From NCBI GenBank assembly GCA_965238275.1, contig OZ250186.1, forward strand, positions 1,728,001-1,792,000: a stretch of DNA of 64,000 nucleotides, given 5' to 3'. The stretch comes from Nitrosopumilus sp. Lineage in GTDB: Archaea > Thermoproteota > Nitrososphaeria > Nitrososphaerales > Nitrosopumilaceae. Every line of letters begins with the position of its first letter. The first letter of the stretch is position 1. The position numbers were made by a program, and so were the translations under genes. Below are positions 33,285 to 44,094 of the stretch, piece by piece. The notes beneath the pieces were generated by a model. It ran no database searches and was not told the DNA's origin. It saw only the letters and a list, made by a program, of their open reading frames with translations.

Positions 33285-33547
33285 TCACGCCGGATAACGT
33301 AATGTCACACGAACTGATCGGCCTTGATGTGACGGTAACAGGGTCTGCAAACAGGCAACTCATAGGATTAAATGGAAGGGTAGTCTACGAAACAAAGTCA
33401 ATGCTTGAGATAATGACCGGCGACCGGACCAAATCAATACCAAAGGGGCTGTGCACCCTCGGGTTTGCCCTGGGCGGCCGGCGCGTTAGTGTTGACGGTG
33501 CGCGAATCTCCAAGAGGCCGTACGATAGGATAGGGGCCAAATTATGA
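33281..33547 (+). CDS. rnp1: RNase P protein subunit p29 (Rnp1)
   Basis: HELIGL...G.VVYETK...IPK...RPYDRI. Confidence 0.92.
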   Translation: MITPDNVMSHELIGLDVTVTGSANRQLIGLNGRVVYETKSMLEIMTGDRTKSIPKGLCTLGFALGGRRVSVDGARISKRPYDRIGAKL

Positions 33548-33867
33548 CGCGCAGCATAGGGATTAGCGTGGATGCACCAAAGAGGGAGTGCAGCGATGTC
33601 CACTGTCCGTTCCATGGAAGCCTGGCAGTACGCGGCAAGCTGTTTGATGGCAAGGTGACAGGCGACAAGGCCAGGCAGACCATCACGCTGCAAAAGGACG
33701 CCCCGATATACTTTAGCAAGTTCAAGAGGTATGCACGCGGCAAGAGCACCATTCATGCGCACGTGCCCGGATGCATCGATGTGGAGTCAGGCGACAGAGT
33801 CCTTACCGCAGAGTGCAGGCCGATATCAAAGTCAGTATCATACGTGGTAGTGGAGGTAAGGAAGTAA
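33544..33867 (+). CDS. rps17: 30S ribosomal protein S17
   Basis: CPFHG...ECRPISKS. Confidence 0.96.
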   Translation: MTRSIGISVDAPKRECSDVHCPFHGSLAVRGKLFDGKVTGDKARQTITLQKDAPIYFSKFKRYARGKSTIHAHVPGCIDVESGDRVLTAECRPISKSVSYVVVEVRK

Positions 33868-34289
33868 TGGCAAAACAGGCAGGCAAGGGCGTAGAGGAGT
33901 TCAGGCCGTACGTTACCAGGTCCATACCAATAGGCGCACGAATAGTGTGTGCAGACAACTCGGGGGCCAAGATTCTGGAGGTTATCAACGTTCCAAGGCA
34001 CAAGACAAGGGTGTCCAGGCTTCCGGCTGCAGCAGTCGGCGACTTTTGCAACGTGGTGGTAAAGAAGGGTCCTGCCGAGCTCAGAAAACAGGTGTACGGG
34101 GCGGTGATAGTCAGGCAAAAGTACGCCGTAAGAAGGCTTAACGGCGTAAGGGTATGTTTTGAGGATAATGCAGCAGTACTGATTACCCCCGAGGGAGAGA
34201 CCAAGGGGACTGACATCAAGGGACCGGTGGCCGCAGAGGCCTCGGAGAAATGGCCAAGGGTGGCAAACTTGGCATCGATGGTGGTATGA
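33867..34289 (+). CDS. rpl14: 50S ribosomal protein L14
   Basis: CADNSGAK...FEDNAAV...IKGPVA. Confidence 0.97.
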   Translation: MAKQAGKGVEEFRPYVTRSIPIGARIVCADNSGAKILEVINVPRHKTRVSRLPAAAVGDFCNVVVKKGPAELRKQVYGAVIVRQKYAVRRLNGVRVCFEDNAAVLITPEGETKGTDIKGPVAAEASEKWPRVANLASMVV

Positions 34290-34290
34290 G

Positions 34291-35109
34291 ATGAAGCCGA
34301 CAAAGATGCGCAACAGACTCATTTACAAAGCATCACACGTGGTGCAGAGCAGCCAGCTTGGCTCCACACTGTCTGACGATCTTCGCAAGAGGTACGGCAA
34401 GAGGAGCGTCAGGGTGACCAAGGGGGACCACGTCTCCATACAGAGGGGCGAGTACAAGGGCGTTGACGGCAAGGTGACAGTGGTGCTTCCGGACAAGCAG
34501 TACGTTGCCATCGAGGGCATAAAGAAGGAAAAGACAAAGGGGGACAAGTTTGATGTTCATATTCACACCTCGAATCTCATGGTGACATCGCTAAACACGG
34601 ACGACAAGTGGAGGATGAAGGTGTTGCACAGGGGTCAGGACGAGTCATCGGTCAAGAAGGATGAGGGTACTGTACCCGAATCCGACAATGTGACAGATGT
34701 TCCGACAAAGGCTGCAAAACCAGAGGTTGCAAAGCCAGCAAAGCCAGCAAAGCCAGAAGAGGCCGTAACGGTACCACCACCTGCAGAGGCTGCAAAACCA
34801 AAGGTTGCAAAGCCAGCAAAGCCAGCAAAGCCAGAAGAGGCCGTAACGGTACCACCACCTGCAGAGGCTGCAAAACCAAAGGTTGCAAAGCCAGCAAAGC
34901 CAGCAAAGCCAGAAGAGGCCGTAACGGTACCACCACCTGCAGAGGCTGCAAAGCCAGAAGAGGCCGTAACGGTACCACCACCTGCAGAGGCTGCAAAACC
35001 AAAGGTTGCAAAGCCAGCAAAGCCAGAAGAGGCCGTAACGGTACCACCTACAGAGGAGTCAGGCAAGGATGCAGAGGCACCCAAGGAAAAGGAGGATGTT
35101 AAGGAGTAA
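34291..35109 (+). CDS. rpl24: 50S ribosomal protein L24 with long repeat tail
   Basis: LRKRYGKRS...KGD.V...G..KG..GKV KOW motif; C-terminal P/A/K/E repeats. Confidence 0.95.
   Translation: MKPTKMRNRLIYKASHVVQSSQLGSTLSDDLRKRYGKRSVRVTKGDHVSIQRGEYKGVDGKVTVVLPDKQYVAIEGIKKEKTKGDKFDVHIHTSNLMVTSLNTDDKWRMKVLHRGQDESSVKKDEGTVPESDNVTDVPTKAAKPEVAKPAKPAKPEEAVTVPPPAEAAKPKVAKPAKPAKPEEAVTVPPPAEAAKPKVAKPAKPAKPEEAVTVPPPAEAAKPEEAVTVPPPAEAAKPKVAKPAKPEEAVTVPPTEESGKDAEAPKEKEDVKE
34710..35049 (+). repeat. in-frame tandem repeats (78-bp unit and shorter variants)
   Basis: [26 protein letters not shown] units, near-identical at DNA level. Confidence 0.9.
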
Positions 35110-35825
35110 TGGTAAGCATATCAGGCAGCAAGAAGCTCAAGCGCCAGATGGCTCCGCAGTTCTGGGGCATTGAAAGAAAGAACAAGAGGTTTGTAATTAC
35201 TGTCAGGCCCGGCTCGCACGGCAAGAATCACTCCGTTCCCACCGCAGTGTTTCTCAGGGATGTCCTGAAGATCGTAACAAACCTGAGGGAGGCAAAGGCT
35301 GCAATATACTCAGGCAAGGTCAAAGTCGACGGCGTGGTAAGAAAGTCACTCCATCATTCCATCGGCCTGATGGACGTGGTGGAACTGGAGAACGTCCCAC
35401 AGATATACCGCATGGTTCCAACCGAAGGAAAGCTGCTAAGGCCAGTGGAGATAAGCGATTCAGAAAAGACAAAGAAACTCGTACATGTGACCAGCAAGAC
35501 CACCATTAACGGCGGAAGAACACAGATCGGATTCCATGACGGACGTAGCGTGATATCCGATGTCAAGATGAACGTCGGGGATACGTGCCTGATGCGGGTA
35601 CCGGATCAGAAGATTCTCAAGGTTATACACCTGAAGGCAGGCTGCCAGGTGCTGGTGACGCGCGGGATAAACTCCGGACAGACAGGCAGGGTGGAGAGTG
35701 TCGAGGCAGGAACGTTCATCCTTCCAAAGAGGGTTACGCTTGCACTCCAGGACAGAAAGATAGAGATTCCTGCAGAGATTATAATGCCAGTCGGAACAAA
35801 GGAGCCCGTAATTCAGATAAAGTGA
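35109..35825 (+). CDS. rps4e: 30S ribosomal protein S4e
   Basis: KLKRQMAP...PG.H...LRD...KVDG...GLMDV...HDGR. Confidence 0.96.
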   Translation: MVSISGSKKLKRQMAPQFWGIERKNKRFVITVRPGSHGKNHSVPTAVFLRDVLKIVTNLREAKAAIYSGKVKVDGVVRKSLHHSIGLMDVVELENVPQIYRMVPTEGKLLRPVEISDSEKTKKLVHVTSKTTINGGRTQIGFHDGRSVISDVKMNVGDTCLMRVPDQKILKVIHLKAGCQVLVTRGINSGQTGRVESVEAGTFILPKRVTLALQDRKIEIPAEIIMPVGTKEPVIQIK

Positions 35826-35829
35826 TCAC

Positions 35830-36351
35830 ATGTCCCAGCAAACAGAGTCCGTAATGAAAAAGATATACCTTGAAAAGGTGGTGCTCAACATGGGCGTTGG
35901 GCGCTCCGGGGATGCCATTACCGCTGCCCAGAAGGCACTTGACCAGATATCAGGCAAAAAGTCATGCGTGCGCAACGCAAAGGAGGCCCAGAGGGACTGG
36001 GGGGTAAGAAAGGGCGAGCCCATAGGCGCATCAGTCACCGTCCGCGGGGATGATGCGCGTGCCCTTGTGGTCAGGCTCATGGAGGCAAAGGGAAATGTCG
36101 TTAACGGCCGTTCCTTTGATGACTTTGGCAACTACTCGTTTGGAATACACGAACACATCGACATTCCAGGGGTAAAGTACGAGCCGCAGATAGGCATACT
36201 GGGACTTGGGGTGTCTGTTGCGCTGGCAAGGCCAGGATACAGCATCAGGAAGAGGAGCAAGCACAAGGCAAGCGTTGGCAAGACGCACGCAATATCTGCC
36301 CAAGAGGCAAAAGATTATCTAGTCAGAGAGTTTGGAGTGACAGTGGAATAA
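35830..36351 (+). CDS. rpl5: 50S ribosomal protein L5
   Basis: EKVVLNMGVG...RKGEPIG..VTVRG...GNYSFGI.EHIDIPG. Confidence 0.97.
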   Translation: MSQQTESVMKKIYLEKVVLNMGVGRSGDAITAAQKALDQISGKKSCVRNAKEAQRDWGVRKGEPIGASVTVRGDDARALVVRLMEAKGNVVNGRSFDDFGNYSFGIHEHIDIPGVKYEPQIGILGLGVSVALARPGYSIRKRSKHKASVGKTHAISAQEAKDYLVREFGVTVE

Positions 36352-36530
36352 TGGCAAAAGACAGATCATACGAATTTACGGGAAGAAAAAAGCACGAGTT
36401 TGGAAGGGGTTCGCGATGGTGCAAGAGATGCGGCGACTATACTGCCGTTATTCAAAAGTATGATCTGATGCTGTGCAGACGGTGCTTTAGGGAGGTTGCT
36501 GTGTCCCTGGGATTCAGGAAGAACAGGTGA
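36351..36530 (+). CDS. rps14: 30S ribosomal protein S14 (Zn-binding)
   Basis: Hand translation GRGSRWCKRCG...KYDLMLCRRCFRE; 59 aa, absent from the ORF track. Confidence 0.96.
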   Translation: MAKDRSYEFTGRKKHEFGRGSRWCKRCGDYTAVIQKYDLMLCRRCFREVAVSLGFRKNR

Positions 36531-36536
36531 GTATGG

Positions 36537-36929
36537 ATGCCGGCAAAGAATATCTTGGCAAACCTGTTTGTCACGCTGTACAACAACGAGACCCGAAGAA
36601 AGAGGGAGTGCACCATACTGCCCACCTCGAAACTCGGCGTCGAGGTGCTAAGGACGCTCCAAAAGGACGGATACATCGGTGAGTTTAAACACGTTGAGGA
36701 CATGAGGGGCGGAAAGTTCAAGATAAAGCTGCTGGCAAAGATTACAAAATGCGGCTCCATATCGCCACGCTTCAAGGTCAAAAACGACGAGTTTAACGGC
36801 TGGGAGCAGCAGTACCTGCCGGCATACAACAGGGGGATGCTGCTGGTTACGACCAACCAGGGAGTGATGTCGCACCACGAGGCCGTGCAGAAGGGAATAG
36901 GAGGGTTTCTGATAGGATATGTCTACTAG
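36537..36929 (+). CDS. rps8: 30S ribosomal protein S8
   Basis: GYIGEF...CGSISPRF...TTNQGVMSH.EA...GG.LIGYVY. Confidence 0.97.
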   Translation: MPAKNILANLFVTLYNNETRRKRECTILPTSKLGVEVLRTLQKDGYIGEFKHVEDMRGGKFKIKLLAKITKCGSISPRFKVKNDEFNGWEQQYLPAYNRGMLLVTTNQGVMSHHEAVQKGIGGFLIGYVY

Positions 36930-37473
36930 GCAGGCCGAAAAGTTCCAAGACGAGGTGGCCATACCCGAAGGGGTTCGCGTCACGCTAAACAGGCACATGC
37001 TGGGATTTGAAGGACCCCTTGGAAAGACATTCAAGAGCTTTCGCAGCATTCCAGTCGCCATCGAGGTTACGCCCGAAAAGATCCTTCTCAAGGCCACCGG
37101 GTTCAGAAAGAGGGACTATGCCATACTGCACACGGCAAGATCAATAATCAAAAACATATGCGAGGGGCTTGTCACGGGGTATACTGTCCGGATGAAGGTT
37201 GTCTTTGCGCACTTTCCGGTAACCGTGAAGGTGAACGGCAGGCAGGTAATTATTGAGAATTTTCAGGGAGAGAGGGCGCCAAGGGTCACGCGCATAGTCG
37301 GGGACACAAAGGTCGTTCCCAAGGGGGACGATGTGGTGCTGACAGGGCATGTCTGGACAGACGTGACGCAGACTGCTGCAAACATCGAACTGAAGACCAG
37401 GGTCAAGAACAAGGATCACAGGGTCTTTCTTGACGGCATATACGTGTACGAAAAGAAAAAGGGCCTAGACTGA
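36919..37473 (+). CDS. rpl6: 50S ribosomal protein L6
   Basis: AHFP...ENFQGE...KNKDHRVFLDGIY. Confidence 0.97.
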   Translation: MSTRQAEKFQDEVAIPEGVRVTLNRHMLGFEGPLGKTFKSFRSIPVAIEVTPEKILLKATGFRKRDYAILHTARSIIKNICEGLVTGYTVRMKVVFAHFPVTVKVNGRQVIIENFQGERAPRVTRIVGDTKVVPKGDDVVLTGHVWTDVTQTAANIELKTRVKNKDHRVFLDGIYVYEKKKGLD

Positions 37474-37480
37474 CTGACAG

Positions 37481-37768
37481 ATGGCACTTGATGCAGAATT
37501 TGCAAAACAGACCACCGAACTTATCCGCCAGACTCTGGAGCTGTACAAGAGTGCAGGCGCATCCCCGAGGGTCGGCGACATCTGGAAGTGTCAGAACGTG
37601 GGCGATTTTCTGTGCGGCTTTTTTGTAGGCGAGATGGTGGGTTCTGCGCTCAGCGCGTTTCAGATAGTCCACAAGAGGGAGCCCACTGCAGGCGAGCACA
37701 TGGAGATAGTGGGGCTGGTAGAGCAGCATGCAGGGGACATCCAGGCGTTCTTTGCCAGGTTCAACTAG
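37481..37768 (+). CDS. conserved hypothetical protein
   Basis: Directly follows rpl6 on the same strand; helical protein-like ORF. Confidence 0.75.
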   Translation: MALDAEFAKQTTELIRQTLELYKSAGASPRVGDIWKCQNVGDFLCGFFVGEMVGSALSAFQIVHKREPTAGEHMEIVGLVEQHAGDIQAFFARFN

Positions 37769-37822
37769 GTACGCACTCAAGTCGTAAGGATTAAATCACT
37801 TCTCAGATTCTGGAATGCTGTT

Positions 37823-37899
37823 GCCGCCCTAGCTCAGCGTGGTAGAGCATCCGACTGTTAATCGGACGGTCGTCAGTTCAAGTCTGATGGGCGGCGCCA
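37823..37899 (+). tRNA. tRNA-Asn(GTT)
   Basis: GCCGCCC/GGGCGGC acceptor stem, TCCGA-CTGTTAA-TCGGA anticodon arm, GTTCAAG T-loop, encoded CCA, T-run after. Confidence 0.96.
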
Positions 37900-38047
37900 T
37901 TTTTGGTATGTGTGAGAACGGATTATTCCATGCGGGCATAAAAAAAGAGGTTTAGGTATTGAGGGCATGACGCGGGGACAGAAGGGGTATGGGAGAGGAC
38001 GGGGCATGCATAATAGATTTATTTAATATTAATTGGTAGACTTTCTG

Positions 38048-39371
38048 TTGAACCGCACCGTTTTGATTGCCATCGGGGTCGCCCTGATTATTGCAGGAGG
38101 ACTGACGGCCCTGCCCCCAGGACGACCAGACTGCAGACGTTACCACGGAGGAACCCCAAAATACCGACGGTGCCGTTGACTTTGAGGGTTCGGTATCGTT
38201 TAGCCTGCTTGAATCCAGTTACGATGAGAGGACCCTGTACGACAACCACACCAAGAGGTCATTCAATCTTGCCATAGAGGACTTTAACGCATATTTGTCC
38301 GAGAAGGATGTTACGTGGGACGCAGTCTCCAAGGTAGTACAGTTTGGCGAGAATCCGACAGAGGCGCTGGATGCGATATATGCCGAAGGCAATGTGCTTT
38401 TGGATGAGCCGGCAGCTGATTCGGGCGACGAGTCACAGCGTTATCCATTCCAGGCCTTTGTGGTGGGCCCCACCACCAGCAACCAGGTTGCAGACATCAT
38501 GGAATACGTCCAAGACCATGACATGCTGGTGATATCGCATTCAAGCACCGCCCCGTCGCTGGCAATACCGGACAGGATATTCAGGCTTGTCCCGGATGAC
38601 ACCGGGCAGGCCCGTGCCACGGCAGCGGTCATGAGCGATATGGGGGTACGGGTGGCGGTTCCAATATACATCGACAACATATGGGGCACGGAGCTGTACG
38701 GTGCAGTGTCGGACTCGTTTGGCGCAATCGGGGGCATGGTGGACGAGGGGGTCTCATACAGTCCGGACACGGATGACTTTTCAGAGCAGACAGGAATGCT
38801 GTCAGAGAAGATAGACGCGTATCTGGATTCAGGGTATGCCAGCGACCAGCTGGCGGTTCTTGCCATATCATACGGCGAGATAGTCCCGTTGCTGGAGGAT
38901 GCCGGTGCGCATGGGAACCTGGCATCAGTGGTGTGGTTCGGGTCAGACTCGTCTGCAAACACCAGCCCCATTACTGACAGCCCGGCGGCGCTGGAGTTTG
39001 CGCAGCAGGTAGGCCTCATCTCACCTTCGTATAGGATTCCGAACAATGAAAAGAGCATGCACGTGTACGATGTCCTGGTTGAGGAGACAGGGATCGCGCC
39101 CAACGGCCACGTGTATGCAGTGTATGATGCCGTCTGGATATACGGGCTTACCATAGAACGGGGCGGTACCCTGCAGGTGGACGTCCTCAAGGACATACTG
39201 CCCGAGGTGGCATCAGGGTACAGCGGCGCGCTGGGCTCGACTGAGCTGAATGATGCAGGAGACTTGGCAAGCGCCGATTACGAGCTGTTCTGGATTCATG
39301 ACGGGGAGTGGCAGACATATGGAGTATATGATGCCTCGGCAGACGAATTCACAAAAGATTCCAGTGGTTGA
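38048..39371 (+). pseudogene. LivJ-like substrate-binding protein, frameshift after signal peptide
   Basis: TTG 38048 starts a hydrophobic leader that is out of frame with the SBP body (SHSSTAPSL, FRLVPDD, YDAVW); shift near the C5 run 38114-38118. Confidence 0.75.
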
Positions 39372-39600
39372 TGCCTGCCGGTTTCATCCTTGTGGAGATT
39401 TGGCGTCAAGAACTGTCTGGTGCTGATGCCAAGGAATTATTCTGAAAACCCAAACACCTGTCAGTGTCTGCATATCCAAGTTCCACTCATGTACGAGTAT
39501 GGATGGTTTTGCAGACAGCCGTATCCGGTGCATCATGTTGCCATGCATGTACAGAATGGATTCCCTTTGATCATAGGTAACGGGCATGTCTGACAGTCAG

Positions 39601-41265
39601 TCAGTTGCGGTGGCTCGCCCTTTTGCAGACTGCACGGATTGCCAGGTATGGCCCTGTCACGTAGATGCCGGCAATGGCTCCTATTGAGAGCATGCCAAAG
39701 ACCAGTACCGAGACTTCAGAGCCCGGATCCGCAAGTGTCATGATGTTCATGGTGTACAGGCCAGGCGTGATTAATGCCAGTACGGCATCCCTGAATACGG
39801 GGTTCTCTCTTTCAAGGTCTGCAATTGCAGGCGAGAAGGAGTAGTAGACATGGTTGAATCCGGTCATGAATGATGCTCCGGATGCAGTGGGGAGCAGTGT
39901 GCTGTCCCTGATTTCACGGAGGAGCTGGACCTGTGGTGCAAGCTCGCTACCGTATGTGGCAGTAGCAATCAGGCATCCGCCTGTCTCATCAGATATAGGC
40001 GTAGCAGTATCATCATCCTTCATGGCATCATCATCATCCTTCATGGCATCATCATCATCCTTCATGGCATCCAAGGTTATTGAATCGGTGGCCGAAAAGT
40101 ACACGCCCCTCAGAACCCACTGATCATCCACTATGTGCCATATGTCATAGTCGGTCTGGGCAAGATCTCCTGCAGCGTTGAGTTTCGTGGAGCCGAGCGC
40201 TCCGATGTGCTCTTCTGCAATAAGTGGAATTTGGGCAGTAAGTGCATCAGCGTCCATGCCCTGCGTCTTCTCTATTGCAAGTCCGACCAGCCACACTGCG
40301 TCATAGGTGGAACTGGCATAACTGCTTGGCTCACGGCCAAGTACGTCCTTTACACCCTCGTTTACACGGTCGCTGAATTCATTCTTGCCTGATGCTACCT
40401 GAACTGTAGAGAATTCCGTACTGGTAACAAACTGTAACGCTATTGGGACCTCTAGGAGTTCAGGATCCCTGGAATGTGGATCCGCGCCAAACCACTGTAC
40501 ATGTGGGAGTATCTCATATTCTGCTGCAGACTGCATAAAAATTGCTATCTCACCAAATCCCATGAACAGTACGCCGACCTTGTCAGTGTCTGAGCGGTCT
40601 ACTGCTGACTGAACCTGATCTGCAACAAGGGACGCGGATACTGAGAATTTGTCAGTCTCTGGGTCGTATCCAAGACCGTCAGCCATTTCACCGCCAATAT
40701 CGGTAAATGCCGTCCTGGCCGACTTTGCAAGTTCAGAGCCCCATGCGTCTTCCCTCCATACCGGGACTGCAATCTCGATTCCCGCGTCTGCCATGAGTCG
40801 TGCAAGTGCAACCCCCTGGTTGGTGTCATCAGGGGATGTCCTGAATATGCGGTCGCCCTCGATTGCAAGGAGTGGTGACGTGGAACAGCAGCTGACTGCA
40901 ACCATGTCGCTGTTGTCAACATACCCTTTGATGTTTTGGAGGATGCCGGCAACCATCACATTGATGCCCTTTGCATGCAGCGCCCGGACCTTTTCCAGTG
41001 CCACTGCCGGCTGTGTCTGGGAATCCTCAATGATCATAACAAGGGACCAGTCTGCTCCCTTGTCTGCCAGATACCGGTTAAAGTCGGTTATTGCGAGTTT
41101 GGCTGCCTCGCGGTTCTCCTCTCCGTGGTTTGAGACACCGCCGCTGATTGGCTGAAGCAGGCCTATGCTGACTTCGCCGGACAGTTCAGCAGATGCAGAT
41201 TGAGAGAATGCGCCGATCCCCAGCACGCTGATCGCGACAACTGCGATAATCGTGTATGAATCCAT
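39601..41265 (-). CDS. LivJ-like substrate-binding protein with CFI-box-CTERM
   Basis: SCCSTSP, FRTSPDD, YDAVW, GGCLIATATYGSELAPQVQ; DAMKDDD linker repeats. Confidence 0.88.
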   Translation of the reverse strand: MDSYTIIAVVAISVLGIGAFSQSASAELSGEVSIGLLQPISGGVSNHGEENREAAKLAITDFNRYLADKGADWSLVMIIEDSQTQPAVALEKVRALHAKGINVMVAGILQNIKGYVDNSDMVAVSCCSTSPLLAIEGDRIFRTSPDDTNQGVALARLMADAGIEIAVPVWREDAWGSELAKSARTAFTDIGGEMADGLGYDPETDKFSVSASLVADQVQSAVDRSDTDKVGVLFMGFGEIAIFMQSAAEYEILPHVQWFGADPHSRDPELLEVPIALQFVTSTEFSTVQVASGKNEFSDRVNEGVKDVLGREPSSYASSTYDAVWLVGLAIEKTQGMDADALTAQIPLIAEEHIGALGSTKLNAAGDLAQTDYDIWHIVDDQWVLRGVYFSATDSITLDAMKDDDDAMKDDDDAMKDDDTATPISDETGGCLIATATYGSELAPQVQLLREIRDSTLLPTASGASFMTGFNHVYYSFSPAIADLERENPVFRDAVLALITPGLYTMNIMTLADPGSEVSVLVFGMLSIGAIAGIYVTGPYLAIRAVCKRASHRN

Positions 41266-41324
41266 GATAAAGTTTCAAATATGCAGGCTAATAAGAATTT
41301 CATGGCATTCTGGGGGTATATTCT

Positions 41325-41566
41325 GTGTATGATGCGGTCTGGGTATACGGGCTTACCATAGAACGTGGCAATACCCTGCAGGTGGATGCCCTCAATGACA
41401 TACTGCCCGAGACGGCATCAGGGTACAGCGGTGCGCTGGGCCCGACTGATCTGAATGATGCAGGGATCTTGCAAGTGCCGATTACGAGCTGTTCTGGATT
41501 CAGGACGGGGAGTGGAAGACATACGGGGTTTATGATGCCTCGGCAGATGAATTCACAAAAGACTCC
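41325..41566 (+). repeat. degenerate direct copy of the SBP 3' end (39120-39362)
   Basis: GTGTATGATGC...ATTCACAAAAGA highly similar to the original, with an indel. Confidence 0.85.
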
Positions 41567-41620
41567 TGGACATGATGCGGGTGTGCTTATCTGCTAACTT
41601 GCGAATGGACAGATTATCCA

Positions 41621-41935
41621 TCAGTGCTCCATCCATCCGAGCAGATCATCTTTTGTTCTGTTGAGTATCAACCCATATTTTTTTGAATTTTCAATTCTTT
41701 TCTTATGTGCTGTAGGATCAAGATAATGATAGGGAATTTTTTTTATTTTTTCGGAGATACTTCCTGAGATACTTTCTTCAATATCAAGAATTGAGAGCAG
41801 ATAGCCTAGCCGTTTCAAAACCGCATTCACTCCTATCTTCTCTGCCATTTCAATTACTGTTTGCCAGTTGACTTCCTTTCGCGCATTCCACATTGCCTTG
41901 GTTACCTCCGCCATCCCCCCACTGGATTCCGATAG
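41621..41935 (-). pseudogene. AbiEi-type antitoxin/regulator C-terminal fragment
   Basis: GGMAEVTKA...AVLKRLGYLL...YLDP...KYGLILN; AT-rich; no N-terminus. Confidence 0.7.
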
Positions 41936-42587
41936 GGCCCGTGGACCTGCCAAGGCAGTTCAGCCATGCCATCATCGAGGGTATGGGGTCCGGCACGTCG
42001 TGGAACAGCCTGCGCAAGTCAGCAGAATTGAGCAGGTGGGCGACAACACAAGAGTACGCGCTGGCGCTAAAGGATCTGTCAGTTGCCGTCATGGTGTACA
42101 GGTATGACTACAAAAGAAAACGGCCCTGGATGGTAAAGGAGAAGAAGATATACTTTCACGATCCGTTTTATGTCCACATGTTTAGAAGCTGGGATGGCAT
42201 GACGGATCCGTTTGATTCTGCCGAAGACTATCTTTCAGGCAGCATACGGTGCAGCAGTATGGCAGAGGGGGCGGTTGCAAGTCATCTGGGCAGGCTGGCC
42301 TGGGACATTACAAAAAACAAGCACGAATTCAACAGCGCCAACAGCGTCTTTTTCTGGAAGGACGGGAAAACAGGGAGGTGGACTTTGTCATGTGTCCTGA
42401 GCGTGCCGTGGAGATTCCCATCGAGGTCAAGTATAGGGAAAGCATAGACCACAGGGAACTTGGAGGACTGGCAGGCTTTCTGTCAGAGACTGGTACCAAG
42501 AGCGGCATCGTGCTGTCCAAAACCCAGATGGAGGAGAGGCGCGACTATCTGGTCATGCCGGTTTCGGTATTTTTGATGCTGGCATGA
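41935..42587 (+). pseudogene. AAA+ ATPase DUF4143 C-terminal fragment, frameshifted
   Basis: KKIYFHDPF, EGAVASHL, FFWK..., EVDFV...PIEVKY PD-(D/E)xK-like tail. Confidence 0.8.
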
Positions 42588-42851
42588 TGGTACTGGACCT
42601 GCCTGATACAGGATATACAGGGGGATGTGACCGGATACTGGCAGGGCATCCGGGGTGTTCCACATACGGGGAGGGGCGGCGGCGTTGCCAAATCGCAGAT
42701 TCGGATATAAATTGCGGCAGTTTGGCAACAAATCTTCCCAGCTGCGCGCATCCTGCACGATTCGGATCGAATGCCGTGGGACGGCACCAGTCTGGCCATT
42801 CGGCGTGGCGGCCATTGTCCCGGTATGAACCAGGCGGGCCTGGCTTTTGTG

Positions 42852-43958
42852 TCAGGCATGCTCGGCGGGTGTTGCCGTCTGACTGTCTTTTCTGCATGTG
42901 AATCCGCATTCGCCTAAGCGGCTGCGGATGTCCTGCGGAATCACTGCGATTTTCTCCTTCTTGAAGACAGGCAGCTTGCCTACAGGGTACCACGCACGTA
43001 CGTTCTTGCGCATCCCGACGAACAAAAGGCCCCTGCACCGCAGGGAGCCGATTGTGGACAGCGGTCCGCCACTCTTGAACCGCCGTTTTATGGTATCGTC
43101 TGTGCCAAATTTCTTTTGCAGGCCGGCATGCCCTGCAACCCATCCGTTCCTGACCACGAACCGCAGGCAGTCCCTCTCAGATTCAGAAAGGCCGCCCACC
43201 ACTTTTTGCAGCCTCTCAGATCGGAGTACAGATGAGATTACCCTTGCCTTCTCCCTTTTGGTGCTGCACTGCTCCTCAATTTCCAGGTTCTCCCATACGA
43301 GGTTCAGTATTGCCGCCGGAAGCTTGTTGAGTTCGGCAAGGATATTGGCGTCAGGCGAGATTGGTAATGTCGTGATGCGCCTTTTGGGTTTCATCTTGGG
43401 TCCGCCTGGCATTTTGCCGTACCCTGCGTACCCCCGGAGAAGATCGTCCATCCCAAGTATGCGGTGGGTGGAATCAGTCACCGCAGCTCCATGAAGGAGG
43501 CAGGAACCCTCACCAAAACGGTACAGCATTCCCACAAAGGATCTTGCAACCCTGAGCCTCTCTGCCGTGGTTTGGTCGGGGCGGATGCGGTAAATGGCGC
43601 CGTCGCTGCGCGATCTTGCCGTGATCTCCTGGCCGTTCCACTCCATCAGATCAAACTCGTCAAGGATTGCATTCTTCATCATGAGTATCATGGCTGCCAG
43701 GAAGCTGTCGTGCACGTAGCGTTCGACAAAGTCGTCAATCGGGGATTTTCCGCTGGCAGGATCTGCGGTAATGCTGAACCACAAGACGATCATCGCATCG
43801 TTGAACCTGTCTAGGTCCACGTCTGTCCTGTACGGGTACCGGCTACGGGCCGCCTCCAAGTCGTCGAGGCGTTCATTTAGCAGATACTCCTGAAAGACAC
43901 CCGGGAAATTCTCTTCTGTTACGTCGCAGTCTATGCAGTGGGGTGGGCGCATGTGCAT
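42852..43958 (-). CDS. uncharacterised protein, paralogue 3 (WF...G.S.IDDF domain + winged-helix-like C-terminus)
   Basis: Shares LWF..T.DPASGKSPIDDFVERYV and LSESERDCL..V...G...LQKKFG.DD...STIG.LR.RGLL.VG...IP.D with 47514-48659. Confidence 0.75.
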   Translation of the reverse strand: MHMRPPHCIDCDVTEENFPGVFQEYLLNERLDDLEAARSRYPYRTDVDLDRFNDAMIVLWFSITADPASGKSPIDDFVERYVHDSFLAAMILMMKNAILDEFDLMEWNGQEITARSRSDGAIYRIRPDQTTAERLRVARSFVGMLYRFGEGSCLLHGAAVTDSTHRILGMDDLLRGYAGYGKMPGGPKMKPKRRITTLPISPDANILAELNKLPAAILNLVWENLEIEEQCSTKREKARVISSVLRSERLQKVVGGLSESERDCLRFVVRNGWVAGHAGLQKKFGTDDTIKRRFKSGGPLSTIGSLRCRGLLFVGMRKNVRAWYPVGKLPVFKKEKIAVIPQDIRSRLGECGFTCRKDSQTATPAEHA

Positions 43959-44094
43959 AATATGCTTTGAGCCGTTCAGACGACGTGCATTTCAGGTTCC
44001 GTATTGGCCTACGAAAACTGCCAGCCACCCCGCAAACAATCATGGCCAGACCCGAAGCCGACGCGGATGTGCGTTCGGGTGTGTGTGGCCGCGC

